Position numbers and translations under genes: made by a program. A stretch of 63,696 nt of DNA, counting the filler, from Octopus bimaculoides (taxonomy: Eukaryota), in assembly GCF_001194135.2 (NCBI RefSeq). It is 8 parts of 7 records of this genome, joined end to end, with 100 filler letters (N's around TTAATTAATTAA, not from the genome) between each part and the next. Parts side by side here need not be neighbours in the genome. Positions count along the whole stretch, not along the records: positions 35,989 to 40,993 come from NC_068981.1; positions 41,094 to 46,242 come from NC_068984.1; positions 46,343 to 62,394 come from NC_069003.1; 5 more parts are not named here. One strand, given 5' to 3'. Positions 38,908-50,590 of the stretch are shown piece by piece. The first letter of the stretch is position 1. Every line of letters starts with the position of its first letter. The notes beneath the pieces were generated by a model. It searched no databases. It was not told the origin of the DNA and saw nothing but the letters and a program-made list of their open reading frames with translations.

Positions 38908-39014
38908 ATATCTTTTTTTTTTTTTCAACACCCTGTAAGCAAATTAACCAACTTCAAAAACAGGATCTGTTTATTCAATACATTGTGCAGTATATTGTGC
39001 GACATTACAACATA

Positions 39015-39071
39015 ATTCCGGATTTCTGGAAATTCCGGATAGCTTGAAGCCAGATAAGAGGACCGGTGCTG
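39015..39071 (-). mobile_element. Possible pogo/Tigger-like terminal fragment
   Basis: Reverse complement TA|CAGCACCGGTCCTCTTATCTGG...TATCCGGA; no partner end found. Confidence 0.3.
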
Positions 39072-39767
39072 TATAACCTATTTCCATCTGTGTTTATTTT
39101 AAAAGTTCTCATTCATAAACACATCTATATTTCTTAGTCCTTGTTGTGTTCTGTACTTTTTAACCGACCGGATGTATGTGTCAGAATCATCACTGAAAGG
39201 TGTTGTAAGCGATAAAATTTGTTTTGCTCTGAAATGGTTGTAAACTACATTTTTAAGCTCTACTCTTTTGCTAACTGTACAATCACAACCAACATTTTTA
39301 GTTTTTTCTGTCAATTTGTATATTTTGTTTTGTTTTGTTCTTTAAGGCCATGAATTTCAATTCCTCATGGAAAAGTACTATACATACATACATACATACA
39401 TACATATACGCACATGCGCAGACATACGCCTGCGTGTGTGTGAGAGAGAGGGAGAGAGAGAGTGTAGATATGCTAAGTTGTGAAAGAAAGTATACAAACT
39501 TAAAACCAGTTCAAATATGCTTGAGTGATATTTGAACCTGTGAAGACTTTCGCTACAGTTTGTCATAGACAAAATAATTCTCGGTAGAGATGAAAACTTG
39601 CTTAAAATACTATTGTCAGCTCAGAGCATTCTCTATCGAACTAACAACTTCTTAACACAGAAAAGAAAAATAATAATATCCAACTAGGACCGTCCAAGAA
39701 CGGTCCGATGAGCGCTATAGTCCAGAAAGAAACTAAGAAAAAGAAAGGATTGCAGTATTATAATTAA

Positions 39768-39990
39768 CACATTGGTTTCAAATTTTGGCACAAGGCCAGC
39801 AATTTCGGGAGAGTGGGATAAGTCGATTATATTGAGCCCAGTGCTCAAGCAGTATTTAATTTATCGACTCCGAAATGATGGAAAGCAAAGTCGACTCCGG
39901 TAGAATTTGAACTCAGAAGGTAAAGACAGACGAAATGCTGCTAAGCATTTTTCCCGGCCCGGTAACGTTTCTACCAGCTCACCGCCTTAT
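39768..39990 (-). mobile_element. SINE family B copy
   Basis: TTGGTTTCAAATTTTGGCACAAGGCCAGCAATTTCGGG...AAAGTCGACTCCGGTAGAATTTGAACTCAG. Confidence 0.8.
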
Positions 39991-40712
39991 TATATGCAAA
40001 TAGGAAACATTTTTTTAATCACTATTATGGCAGAAACAACTCTAAACTAATGAAAGTGATTATATTAATTCTGTTATTTGGGTCATTCGTTAATTGATAT
40101 TACTCTCTGCCACTGACCGGATGTTTTGCTGTATATTGAGCTCTAACAACAGATTATTAATATCGTAGTAACTAAATGGAATCATAAAATGTACATGTAT
40201 GTATGTATGTTCTCTTTTGTTTTAAAATGTTTTAATTATTCCTCTGAAGTAGGAACGGATTTCTAACAAAAATACAAACCCCCATCGTTGGAATGTAGAT
40301 AACAAAAACAATGTCACATTTTAAACTTGAAAAAAGCTTTGCATATTATTACTGTTCCGCGTACAGAATGTATTTGTAATGTGCGAGTTATTTGGCTGAT
40401 TTCTTTTTCTGAAATTCAAGCTTATCCTGATTGACAGATAGGCATTTACTCACAAAAACCAAGTGCACCAATTGGTATAAATGTGAATTTGTAATCTAGA
40501 TATAGCTGCTAGAGGTTTCGAAGCAGCTTAGTTATCCTCTTTCTCTTTGCTTTTCAAAGAGATATTTATATCAGGACAGCCGACCTCTATGTTGGTATAT
40601 AATTTTTCTCGTCTGTCCAAACCAACGATATCCATATTCAAAGCTGAGTTCTTGTGATTCCCAAATTGAAGTCTGTTGTTCTCCATCTTCAGTGCACTTG
40701 AGAACGAAACAC

Positions 40713-40993
40713 GGATCTTTTTTAAAACGGGGGCCACATTTTTCATTAACGAAACACTTTGAAACTTGGAACACTGGTAGAATGTGTCATATAAAACATC
40801 TTTTTCTCTTAGTCTTCTTAAAAATAAAGAAATCCATAAGTTATTCCATGTTAAAGGTGTCGTATTTCTGTAATTTCAACCAATCACTGACGTCCATTCA
40901 GCCGATATACATTAAGTGCCGACTACATAAACAAACGATTCTGAAACAATTAACCCTAACCCTAACCCTAACCCTAGGGTTAGGGTTAAGGTT
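40713..40993. mobile_element. Second copy of the telomere-palindrome MITE (left arm and centre; right arm in gap)
   Basis: Near-identical to 38306-38560; centre (TAACCC)4-TA-GGGTTA... Confidence 0.9.
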
Positions 40994-41092
40994 NNNNNNN
41001 NNNNNNNNNNNNNNNNNNNNNNNNNNNNNNNNNNNNNTTAATTAATTAANNNNNNNNNNNNNNNNNNNNNNNNNNNNNNNNNNNNNNNNNNN

Positions 41093-41752
41093 NTGGGGAA
41101 AGCAAGGGTGGGGTGTGGGTTAGGCTGAGGGTGGGGGTAGAGGTATGTGGGTAGGCAGAGGTTGGGTGGATGTAAGGGATGGGATGGGGTGGGATGGGAA
41201 GGAAGACTAGGAGTGTGTTGGGGTGGGATGAGCTTATGAGGGAGGGTTGACGATGAAAGGGTAGGGGTGACGATGAAGGGGAAAGGTGGCTAAAAGAGAG
41301 GGGGAAGGTGGCTAAAAAGAGGGGGAAGGTGGGTATGGGAGGAGGGAGAAAGCGAGGAGAAAGAGAGGAAGAGAGAAAGAGAGAGAGAGAAAGAGAGTAA
41401 GAGAGAAGAGAGAAAAAGTAGGGGTGCAGAGAAGTAGGAGTGAAGAGAAGTGAAGAAAAGTACAGAGAAGTAGGAGTCGGAGCAGGAGAGGAGAGGTGGG
41501 TGGTAGGAGGTAGGAGGGAGAGGGAGAGAGAGAGGCAGGGGGAGGGGTTAGATGAAGAGGGGAGGTGAGTTGAGCCCATGTGGCGCAAAGGAGCGAAGAG
41601 AGAAGATTAATCCCTGTTCACGGCGCAAACGGGAGTCCGGATGGCCCCTGTGCAAGGACAATCCAAACACGCTGCAAGGAGTGACCGGCAGAGCGGAAAT
41701 GATGTGACACCGGGGTGTCATTGCAAACGTTGATGTCTCGGAGGTGTTATAT
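41093..41752 (-). mobile_element. Penelope-like element 3' region: GIY-YIG C-terminus plus a long CT-rich 3' tract
   Basis: HLRDINVCNDTPVSHHFRSAGHS ... RLRREQGLIFSLRSFAPHGLNSPPLFI* (one frameshift; stop at 41550-41548). Confidence 0.75.
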
Positions 41753-43139
41753 NNNNNNNNNNNNNNNNNNNNNNNNNNNNNNNNNNNNNNNNNNNNNNNN
41801 NNNNNNNNNNNNNNNNNNNNNNNNNNNNNNNNNNNNNNNNNNNNNNNNNNNNNNNNNNNNNNNNNNNNNNNNNNNNNNNNNNNNNNNNNNNNNNNNNNNN
41901 NNNNNNNNNNNNNNNNNNNNNNNNNNNNNNNNNNNNNNNNNNNNNNNNNNNNNNNNNNNNNNNNNNNNNNNNNNNNNNNNNNNNNNNNNNNNNNNNNNNN
42001 NNNNNNNNNNNNNNNNNNNNNNNNNNNNNNNNNNNNNNNNNNNNNNNNNNNNNNNNNNNNNNNNNNNNNNNNNNNNNNNNNNNNNNNNNNNNNNNNNNNN
42101 NNNNNNNNNNNNNNNNNNNNNNNNNNNNNNNNNNNNNNNNNNNNNNNNNNNNNNNNNNNNNNNNNNNNNNNNNNNNNNNNNNNNNNNNNNNNNNNNNNNN
42201 NNNNNNNNNNNNNNNNNNNNNNNNNNNNNNNNNNNNNNNNNNNNNNNNNNNNNNNNNNNNNNNNNNNNNNNNNNNNNNNNNNNNNNNNNNNNNNNNNNNN
42301 NNNNNNNNNNNNNNNNNNNNNNNNNNNNNNNNNNNNNNNNNNNNNNNNNNNNNNNNNNNNNNNNNNNNNNNNNNNNNNNNNNNNNNNNNNNNNNNNNNNN
42401 NNNNNNNNNNNNNNNNNNNNNNNNNNNNNNNNNNNNNNNNNNNNNNNNNNNNNNNNNNNNNNNNNNNNNNNNNNNNNNNNNNNNNNNNNNNNNNNNNNNN
42501 NNNNNNNNNNNNNNNNNNNNNNNNNNNNNNNNNNNNNNNNNNNNNNNNNNNNNNNNNNNNNNNNNNNNNNNNNNNNNNNNNNNNNNNNNNNNNNNNNNNN
42601 NNNNNNNNNNNNNNNNNNNNNNNNNNNNNNNNNNNNNNNNNNNNNNNNNNNNNNNNNNNNNNCCCAGATATATCATTACATTCTTATTCTTAGTAGTATA
42701 ATGTTCGATTACCTTATTTTAATATCCATTGATTTGCTACACAGAATACGGATTATTTTAAAATTGAATACAGATATATTCATCGATATCAGGTAAACAT
42801 AAAGTAGGTATATTTAAAAAAAAATGAAGGCATTTAAAAAGAAATATCAATATTCGATGATGAAATATTCCATAATTAATTAGGTACACCGTCATGAATC
42901 GCATTAATTTTTAAATGGTATTGGATAGAGTGTTTCGAAAGTTGGAAGTTTTTAATACAGAATCTCAGGTTTAAACCCTTTCATTCAGTTTTTAAAATTT
43001 GGGCAACGCAGCACTGAGTCCAACATCACTGAAATTTACGTCGAGATGTCTTTGTGGCATCTTGTAAAGTTATCTAATCAGGTGACTGATTATACATACA
43101 TGTATACATGCAAACAGACATACATACATACATGCATAC

Positions 43140-43170
<31 letters not shown>

Positions 43171-43227
43171 TATACATACTTACAAACACACACACACACA
43201 CACACACANNNNNNNNNNACATACTTA

Positions 43228-43284
<57 letters not shown>

Positions 43285-43742
43285 GAATAAATATAAGGAG
43301 GGATAGTATCAATAAAATACCATCACGTGTGGCAAGCGAGTTATCTGCCGTACAATCAAATTAATCTTGTATATATAAAAGGCAGGATGTGTGTGTGTGT
43401 GTGTGTGTGCACGTGAATGTAATTTATGCACGTCCACAAATTAGCACGCATGTCGCTCCTATTTTAGGGGGAGATTCGTCATGACCCTAGCTGCATTTTC
43501 GTCAACTTATTTTTCCCAGAGGCNNNNNNNNNNNNNNNNNNNNNNNNNNNNNNNNNNNNNNNNNNNNNNNNNNNNNNNNNNNNNNNNNNNNNNNNNNNNN
43601 NNNNNNNNNNNNNNNNNNNNNNNTACATATATAGTCAATTCAAACATGAACACGCAAGAAAAAAACGAAAAAACAACAACGCGAGGGCGTGGAATAAGTA
43701 CAGTGTTATTGGACACTCTGGAAAGGGAAGAAAAGAAAGAGG

Positions 43743-43774
43743 ATTTCACGTTTCGAGAGCTCTTCATCAGAAAT
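43743..43774 (-). ncRNA. Degenerate minimal hammerhead motif within a short interspersed repeat (about 43625-43790)
   Basis: RNA: AUUU-CUGAUGA-A-GAG-CU-CUC-GAAA-CG-UG-AAAU; 4-bp stem I, ACGU palindromic stem III; GUG triplet and a 2-nt loop predict inactivity. Confidence 0.5.
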
Positions 43775-44286
43775 TGATGCATACATACTTATATATATGA
43801 ATGTGGCGTTTCTCTTCTATGTGTATTCTATACACTTTTGCATAGATTAGGTAATGATGATCACCGCTTGAAGTAGTTTACTACCCACGTTCATATATAG
43901 GTTTTCATTCGATCATGAAATTATTCTTGATGTATACAAAGTGACAGGCATTACTCCACCGATCTCTGTCCCCGAGAGAGATGTCTAAAGGAAGACAAGC
44001 AATCTTTCACTCATTGGAAGGGTATTAGCTCACCTCATTTCATATGTAATTTCATATGTTTTATGATTTGTCCTGCAAGCTGTCTAACGAAAACCACTTT
44101 CCTCACCAAGGATATGAATACATACATACATACATATATGCATGTGTCAAATATATATGTGCATGCATCTATGCATGCATCTTTAAGACACTTACCCAAC
44201 TTCACCTGACAATTCAATAGTGTTGTTACACGCGAACACGTACAAACATATACACACACATACACTCATACTCACACACATGCACA

Positions 44287-44325
<39 letters not shown>

Positions 44326-45122
44326 NNNNNNNNNNNNNNNNNNNNNNNNNNNNNNNNNNNNNNNNNNNNNNNNNNNNNNNNNNNNNNNNNNNNNNNNNNN
44401 NNNNNNNNNNNNNNNNNNNNNNNNNNNNNNNNNNNNNNNNNNNNNNNNNNNNNNNNNNNNNNNNNNNNNNNNNNNNNNNNNNNNNNNNNNNNNNNNNNNN
44501 NNNNNNNNNNNNNNNNNNNNNNNNNNNNNNNNNNNNNNNNNNNNNNNNNNNNNNNNNNNNNNNNNNNNNNNNNNNNNNNNNNNNNNNNNNNNNNNNNNNN
44601 NNNNNNNNNNNNNNNNNNNNNNNNNNNNNNNNNNNNNNNNNNNNNNNNNNNNNNNNNNNNNNNNNNNNNNNNNNNNNNNNNNNNNNNNNNNNNNNNNNNN
44701 NNNNNNNNNNNNNNNNNNNNNNNNNNNNNNNNNNNNNNNNNNNNNNNNNNNNNNNNNNNNNNNNNNNNNNNNNNNNNNNNNNNNNNNNNNNNNNNNNNNN
44801 NNNNNNNNNNNNNNNNNNNNNNNNNNNNNNNNNNNNNNNNNNNNNNNNNNNNNNNNNNNNNNNNNNNNNNNNNNNNNNNNNNNNNNNNNNNNNNNNNNNN
44901 NNNNNNNNNNNNNNNNNNNNNNNNNNNNNNNNNNNNNNNNNNNNNNNNNNNNNNNNNNNNNNNNNNNNNNNNNNNNNNNNNNNNNNNNNNNNNNNNNNNN
45001 NNNNNNNNNNNNNNNNNNNNNNNNNNNNNATATATATAATATAGATTTAATCAAAAGATTAAATGTGGTACTTAAAATGTTTGAGGCACCAGAATTCGGT
45101 AGGGTAAAAACCAAAAACAAAA

Positions 45123-46242
45123 TCAAGAGATTAGGTGAATAAAATTTTTTACGATAATTAAATTGTTATTATTGGTATCATTATTTAAGATAATTAGATT
45201 ATAATTATTGGTACCATTATCATTATTGTTACTATCACATTTAATAGATTTGCTAGGATTAAGGAAAGAAATTTTTTGGTCATAGCCCGCTCTATATAAA
45301 GCTTCATTGTAGTAATGAGAATTAGAGTTAAAGATGTTATGGTTTGAGGACAGTTTAGTTAATCTATCGGAAATGTTTTTTACAATAGATTTTAAAATAT
45401 TGGGGGGGGGGGGTGATTAGATGATCTATTAACATACTTAGTGACTTCATTTTCCTTGGTAAGAAAAGACCTACTAATAATAATCTATCCTGCTTAAACA
45501 ATAGGAATAAAAATGAAATACAACCTGATAAATGTCTACACAATCATATTAATACCAATAAAATACCTAAGTTAAGAAATTATAATAATGGCCATAAGAA
45601 TAGGAAAAATACTTTACATAACAAGATAGATCCCAATAGGAAAACTACAAATGATTGTAGAAGCAATAATATAACCCCAAATACTTATGATAACCACAAA
45701 CCCCTTTCATATTACAAATTTAGAAGAAAAAATTCTATATGGCTTGACATCCCTTACAACTACGCAGTATCTACGAACATCTATAAGAAATTTATGGATA
45801 TCTTACAAAAAAATTTCGACCCTAACCATAGATATTATAAAATCTTCTCTCATACTCTACTCTCCCCAATATATGATCTATTATCAATAAGTTAAATAGA
45901 AAGAACATCGAACTAGCTAGGACCCTTGAAAATAAAAATTGTCTTATTATTGATAACAATACAAATAACTACCAAACTATTAATAACACCAACGCAACCA
46001 ATAATCATGCACATGTTAATGAACATATTAATACTTCAACTGTTAACATAGTTGATGAGATAAATCTTCCTAGCTCAAACAATATCAATTGCATATCCAG
46101 TAATACAACCAGCAATATTGAAATAACCAATTTAGATACTTGTATCAATAATCAACATAGCAATATATATATAGCTAATAAGCCCCTTAATTGCAATTGT
46201 AGAATTAAAGCCCACTGCCCGGTATCTGGCCGTTGTTTAATC
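45123..46242. mobile_element. Penelope-like retroelement fragment with a 5' inversion (RT C-terminus on -, linker and Zn-finger on +)
   Basis: Minus 45470-45123: TKENEVTKYVNRSSNHPP/NILKSIVKNISDRLTKLSSNHNIF...YYNEALYRAGY. Plus 45472-46242: RRKNSIWLDIPYNYAVSTNIYKKFMDILQKNFDPNHRYYKIF, PNI*SIINKLN, CNCRIKAHCPVSGRCL. Confidence 0.85.
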
Positions 46243-46342
46243 NNNNNNNNNNNNNNNNNNNNNNNNNNNNNNNNNNNNNNNNNNNNTTAATTAATTAANN
46301 NNNNNNNNNNNNNNNNNNNNNNNNNNNNNNNNNNNNNNNNNN

Positions 46343-46756
46343 ATGATATTTTGCTGGTCAAGGTTCACATTAGATGTTTTTGTCATTTTTCCTTTGATAA
46401 AGGTAGCTTTTGCACATTTATCAAGGCCAAATTACATCCTGATGTCATCACTGAATTGTTTAACAATCGCTAGTAGGCCTTTGAGTTGTTGGTCAATTTT
46501 TGAAAAGAGCTTTAAATCATCCATGTAAATGAGATGATTTATATTTTTACCAAATATTTTATAACCATATTGTGCATCATTGAGCAATTTTGAGAGCGGT
46601 ATTAAGGCTAGACACAAGAGGAGTGGTGATAGTGAGTCACCCTGAAAAATGCCACATGAAATTCTTACATTTCCAGCATTTAGAGATTCACTGTCATTGT
46701 TCAACGTCAGTGTGGTTCTCTATGATCTCATACTTACAGATAAGAAGTTTCGCAGA
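46343..46756 (-). mobile_element. R4/Dong-clade (RLE-type) LINE, RT fragment
   Basis: GIFQGDSLSPLLLCLALIPLS, NHLIYMDDLKLF, FGLDKCAK; 5' truncation abuts (AAT)n. Confidence 0.85.
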
Positions 46757-46774
46757 GTAGGAGCTATTTATACA

Positions 46775-46811
<37 letters not shown>

Positions 46812-46832
<21 letters not shown>

Positions 46833-47135
46833 GACATCGCACAGTATACAATATCATGAGGTTGTTGATTGAAGATATTGTATCTACCGGGGGTTTGTAC
46901 TGTTTGTCGTCACAACAAGGACCTAAGACCAGAAGGCAACAAGAGGAATATAAAGGAAATTAGAATAGAGTGCCCAGTAGAATTGTTACAAAATGTTTGC
47001 TTCCTTGGCACAGCCACAATAATCAGAAAAGTGTTAGATAACTGAAAAGAACGAATAACATGATACGGTCGGCTGCAGGTAGTAAGCCCGCTATGCATAC
47101 ACGACTCCAGGAGCTCCAACAAAACCTGTGATAAA
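46812..47135 (+). mobile_element. R4/Dong-like 3' end
   Basis: ELLQNVCFLGTATIIRKVLDN* (stop 47043-47045), short 3' UTR, then (AAT)n. Confidence 0.65.
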
Positions 47136-47155
47136 AAAAGAATAATAATAATAGT

Positions 47156-47720
47156 AATCTTTTCTGCTAAAGGCACAACGCCTGAAATTTCGGGGAGAGG
47201 GACTGGTGTTTTACTGGTACTTAATTTATCGACCCCGAAAGGATGAAAGGCAAAGTCGACCCCAGAGGAATTTGAACTCAGAACGTTGCGACGGGCGAAA
47301 TACCGCTAAGCATTTCGCACGGCATGCTAACGATTCTGCCAGCTCGCGCCTTAATAATAATAATAATAATCCTTTCTGCTAAAGGCACAACACCTAAAAT
47401 TTTGGGGGAGTTGAATAGTCGATTAAATTGACCCCAGTGTTTAACTGGTACTTAATTCATCGACCCCAAAAGGATGAAAGGCAAAGTCGACTCCGGTGGA
47501 ATTTGAACTCAAAACGCAATGACGGACGAAATGCCCCAAAGCATTTTACCCGACGTGCTAACGATTCTGCCAGTTCGCGCCTTAATAATAATAATAATAA
47601 TAATAATAGTAGTAGTAGTAGTAGTAGTAGTGGTAGTAGTAGTAGTAGTATTAGTAGTAGTAGCGTACTAACGATTCTGCCAGCTCGCCGCCTTAATAAT
47701 AATAATAATAATAATGATAA

Positions 47721-47802
<82 letters not shown>

Positions 47803-48047
47803 AAGAAGAAGAAGAAGAAGAAGAAGAATGTTTTCTACTGTGGGCACGCACAAGGCTTGAAATTTAGGGGAAAGGATTAAATCGATTGTTTCGACCCCAG
47901 TGCGTAACTGGTACTGATTTAATCGACCCCGAAAGGATGAAAGGCAAAGTCAACCTCAGCGGAATTTGAACTCAGAACGCAGCGACGGGCGAAATGCCGC
48001 TAAGCATTTCGTCCGGCGTGCTAACGATTCTGCCAGCTCGCCGCCTT
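47156..48047 (-). mobile_element. Cluster of three full and one partial SINE family B copies separated by (AAT)n/(AGT)n/(AAG)n
   Basis: Copies at about 47156-47352, 47382-47583, 47667-47694 (partial) and 47829-48047; head GGCGGCGAGCTGGCAGAATCG, B box GAGTTCAAATTCC, core GCCTTTCATCCTTTCGGGGTCGAT. Confidence 0.9.
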
Positions 48048-48056
48048 AATAATAAT

Positions 48057-48089
<33 letters not shown>

Positions 48090-48090
<1 letters not shown>

Positions 48091-49850
48091 TATGAACCTA
48101 TTTGGTATTGCGTCGAATGTTGAGCAATTGCTTGGAAAAAGTATGAAGCGGAGGACGGAACTGACAGCATATGGAAGAAGTTTAGGGACAATAGAAATCA
48201 GGAGAGGCATCTTCCAAGGGGACTGCCTGTCCCCACTGATCTTTGTACTATGCATGATACCACTAACACTGATTCTGAGGAAAGCAAAGGTTGGTATGTA
48301 TTCAAGAGCCGCCAACAAAAAGTTAACCACTTGTAATTCATGGATGACCTCAAACTTTATGGTAAAGAAGAATCCCGAGTCAGTTCCCTCGTTGATACGG
48401 TGTATACTTTCAGAACTGATATCAGAATGGAGTTCGGACTGAAAAAGTGCGGTGTGTTAGTCTTGAAGAGAGGCAAAATTAAATGTATGGAGGGGCTAGA
48501 GATACCGTCGGGGGAGGTTATGAAGCAGATAGAAGAGACGGGCTAAGTATTTGGGGATATTGGAAATGGATAAATTGAGAGAGAAAGAAATGACAGAAAA
48601 ATTTAAGGTGGAGTACTTGCGCAGACTAAGACTTATCGTTAAGTCGAAATTCAATGGACGGAATAAGATTGAAGCTATCAACACTTCGGTGGTTTCATAA
48701 CTTAGATATGGAGCAAGGGTAATCGCATGGATAGTAGACGAACTAAACAGCTTAAACAGAAAGACAAGGAAGTTACTAACTAGATATGGGATACTCCACC
48801 CAAAAAGTGACACAGACAGACTGTTTGTACCAAGAAAAAGAGGGGGAAGATGACTAATTGGATACGATCACAGCATTAGAGCAGAAGAAAACAACATAGC
48901 ATGGTATGTAAAAAATGCCACAGAACCACTATTATTGGAAGTAAGGTCAGGCTTGTGTAGGATGCAAGATTGCAAAGCACTTGAGAATGAATGAAAATGA
49001 AAATAAGTGGATAAAGAAAAGAATGCATGGACAATTTCATGGGAATGTTGAAGATAAGACAGACAGAAAAAAGATGGCTATAGATTGCTAAAAGTGGTTT
49101 AAAACCGGAAACGGAGGCTCTAATTTGTGCTGCCCAAGAGTAAGCGTTAAGAATCAATTACATCAAATACAGAATAGACAACACATCAGAAAGTGATAAG
49201 TGCAGAATTTGTGGACAAAATGGTGAAACCGTATGGCATATTACCAGTCAATGTACGCCACTAGACCAGAAAGAATATAAGAGACGTCATGACAATATAG
49301 CAAGGATTGTCCATTGGACACCTTGGAACCAGTATGGACTTGACAGAGCAAAAAAGTGGTACGAACATAAACCCGAAGACATCATCGAAAATGATAATGC
49401 AAAGACCCTATGGGATTTTATGATTCCGTGCGACCATGAGATAGAGAATAGGAAATCAGACATAGTGTTAATTGAGAAAGAAAGCAAACGATGCTGGATC
49501 ATAGATATAGCATGCCCAGCTTACAACAAGGTATTCGATATAGAAGAAAGAAATGTCGATAGATATGATAGGTCTGCTTGGGAGGTTAAGCAGCTGTGGA
49601 CGCTGAAAAAGGTGGTAGTAGTACCAATAATTGTCGGAGCCCTGGGAACCGTGAGTAAAAATCTTGAGAAGTACATGAAACAAATAGGGGCTGCAATAAG
49701 GGTAGAGCACTTACAGAAAACAGCACTGCTTGGAACTGCTCGAATGATGCTCCGGATGGTGCTCGAAAAATGTGGGATGCTACCTTAGTTCACTGGTAGT
49801 GAACAGCTGGCACCGTAGTACACCTCCAGCGTTAGAAGCTGTGCAAAGAC
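48090..49850 (+). mobile_element. 5'-truncated R4/Dong-clade LINE (RT, CCHC, restriction-like endonuclease), pseudogenised
   Basis: GIFQGDCLSP, FMDDLKLYG, KYLG, GGR, CRICGQNGETVWHITSQC, RHDNIA, RKSDIV...IIDIACP, LQKTALLGTAR; several stops and frameshifts; (AAT)n on both sides. Confidence 0.9.
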
Positions 49851-49867
49851 AATAAAAAATAATAATG

Positions 49868-50590
49868 TTTTCTTTATTGGACACAAGGGTCGAACACAAA
49901 ACAAAAAAAGACAATACAACACAAGGGGTAAGTGGGGCTTAGCACAAATCTTTGTGCATAAAATTAAAACAAGAACAGTTAACAAAAATTCAAGAACAAA
50001 ATCACCCAAAAGTAGTGAGTTCCATCCAGGGACAATCAAAGAAACTCACACATAGTTATCCTGACCGCCAGAGGCACCTCAGCAGGTGCCTCTCTCCTTT
50101 CCAACTCCTTCGGCTTAGAAGCGCATGTTTAGAATAGGCCCATTTACACGGGCCATCCTCGCTATGTTCACCCATCTTTCAACAAAACACCTGGGGGAAG
50201 AGCAGTAGTTCTCTCTCCACCCTCACTTTCTTTTTCAAGTGGAACTTGCCTGAAGAAGAAAGTACCTGTCTGCAGTGCTTTCAATCTCGTCTTTTGCCGT
50301 AGCTACGAGACAGAGGAAAGCTGTCTTCCCTTTTCGGCCAAAAGAAGGCGGTGGACGATCATCACGATGAACTCGATTGCCGTCTGGATCGGTTCTAGAC
50401 GCGTCAACAGCAGATCGACAAAGATTCACGAATCAATAATGCCCATATACTGGACGAGTGAATGCAGAACAATTTCATCGCTCTGCGTTCATCTCAAACA
50501 GGTCCATCTGATCGTAGTTAGGTGCCTGTAGAGCTTGCCTCGAACTGGAAGAGCCCTCGGTAACACTAACAGGCCATGGATTTCTGGAAA
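49868..50590 (-). mobile_element. L1/Tx1-type LINE 3' fragment (ORF2 C-terminus + 3' UTR)
   Basis: CYRGALPVRGKLYRH, degenerate C..C....E..LH, FHLKKKVRVERE, ERWVNIARMARVNGPILNMRF*; ends CCAATAAAGAAAAC-(ATT)n. Confidence 0.7.

Noticed and set aside
37925-40774. Short minus-strand ORFs at 37925-38119, 39099-39314 and 40528-40774 as exons of one gene
   Set aside because: No recognisable motif and no convincing paired splice sites; cannot be supported without RNA data.
47428-47880. 150-aa ORF with poly-N/S/K
   Set aside because: SINE antisense plus (AAT)(AGT)(AAG) microsatellites.
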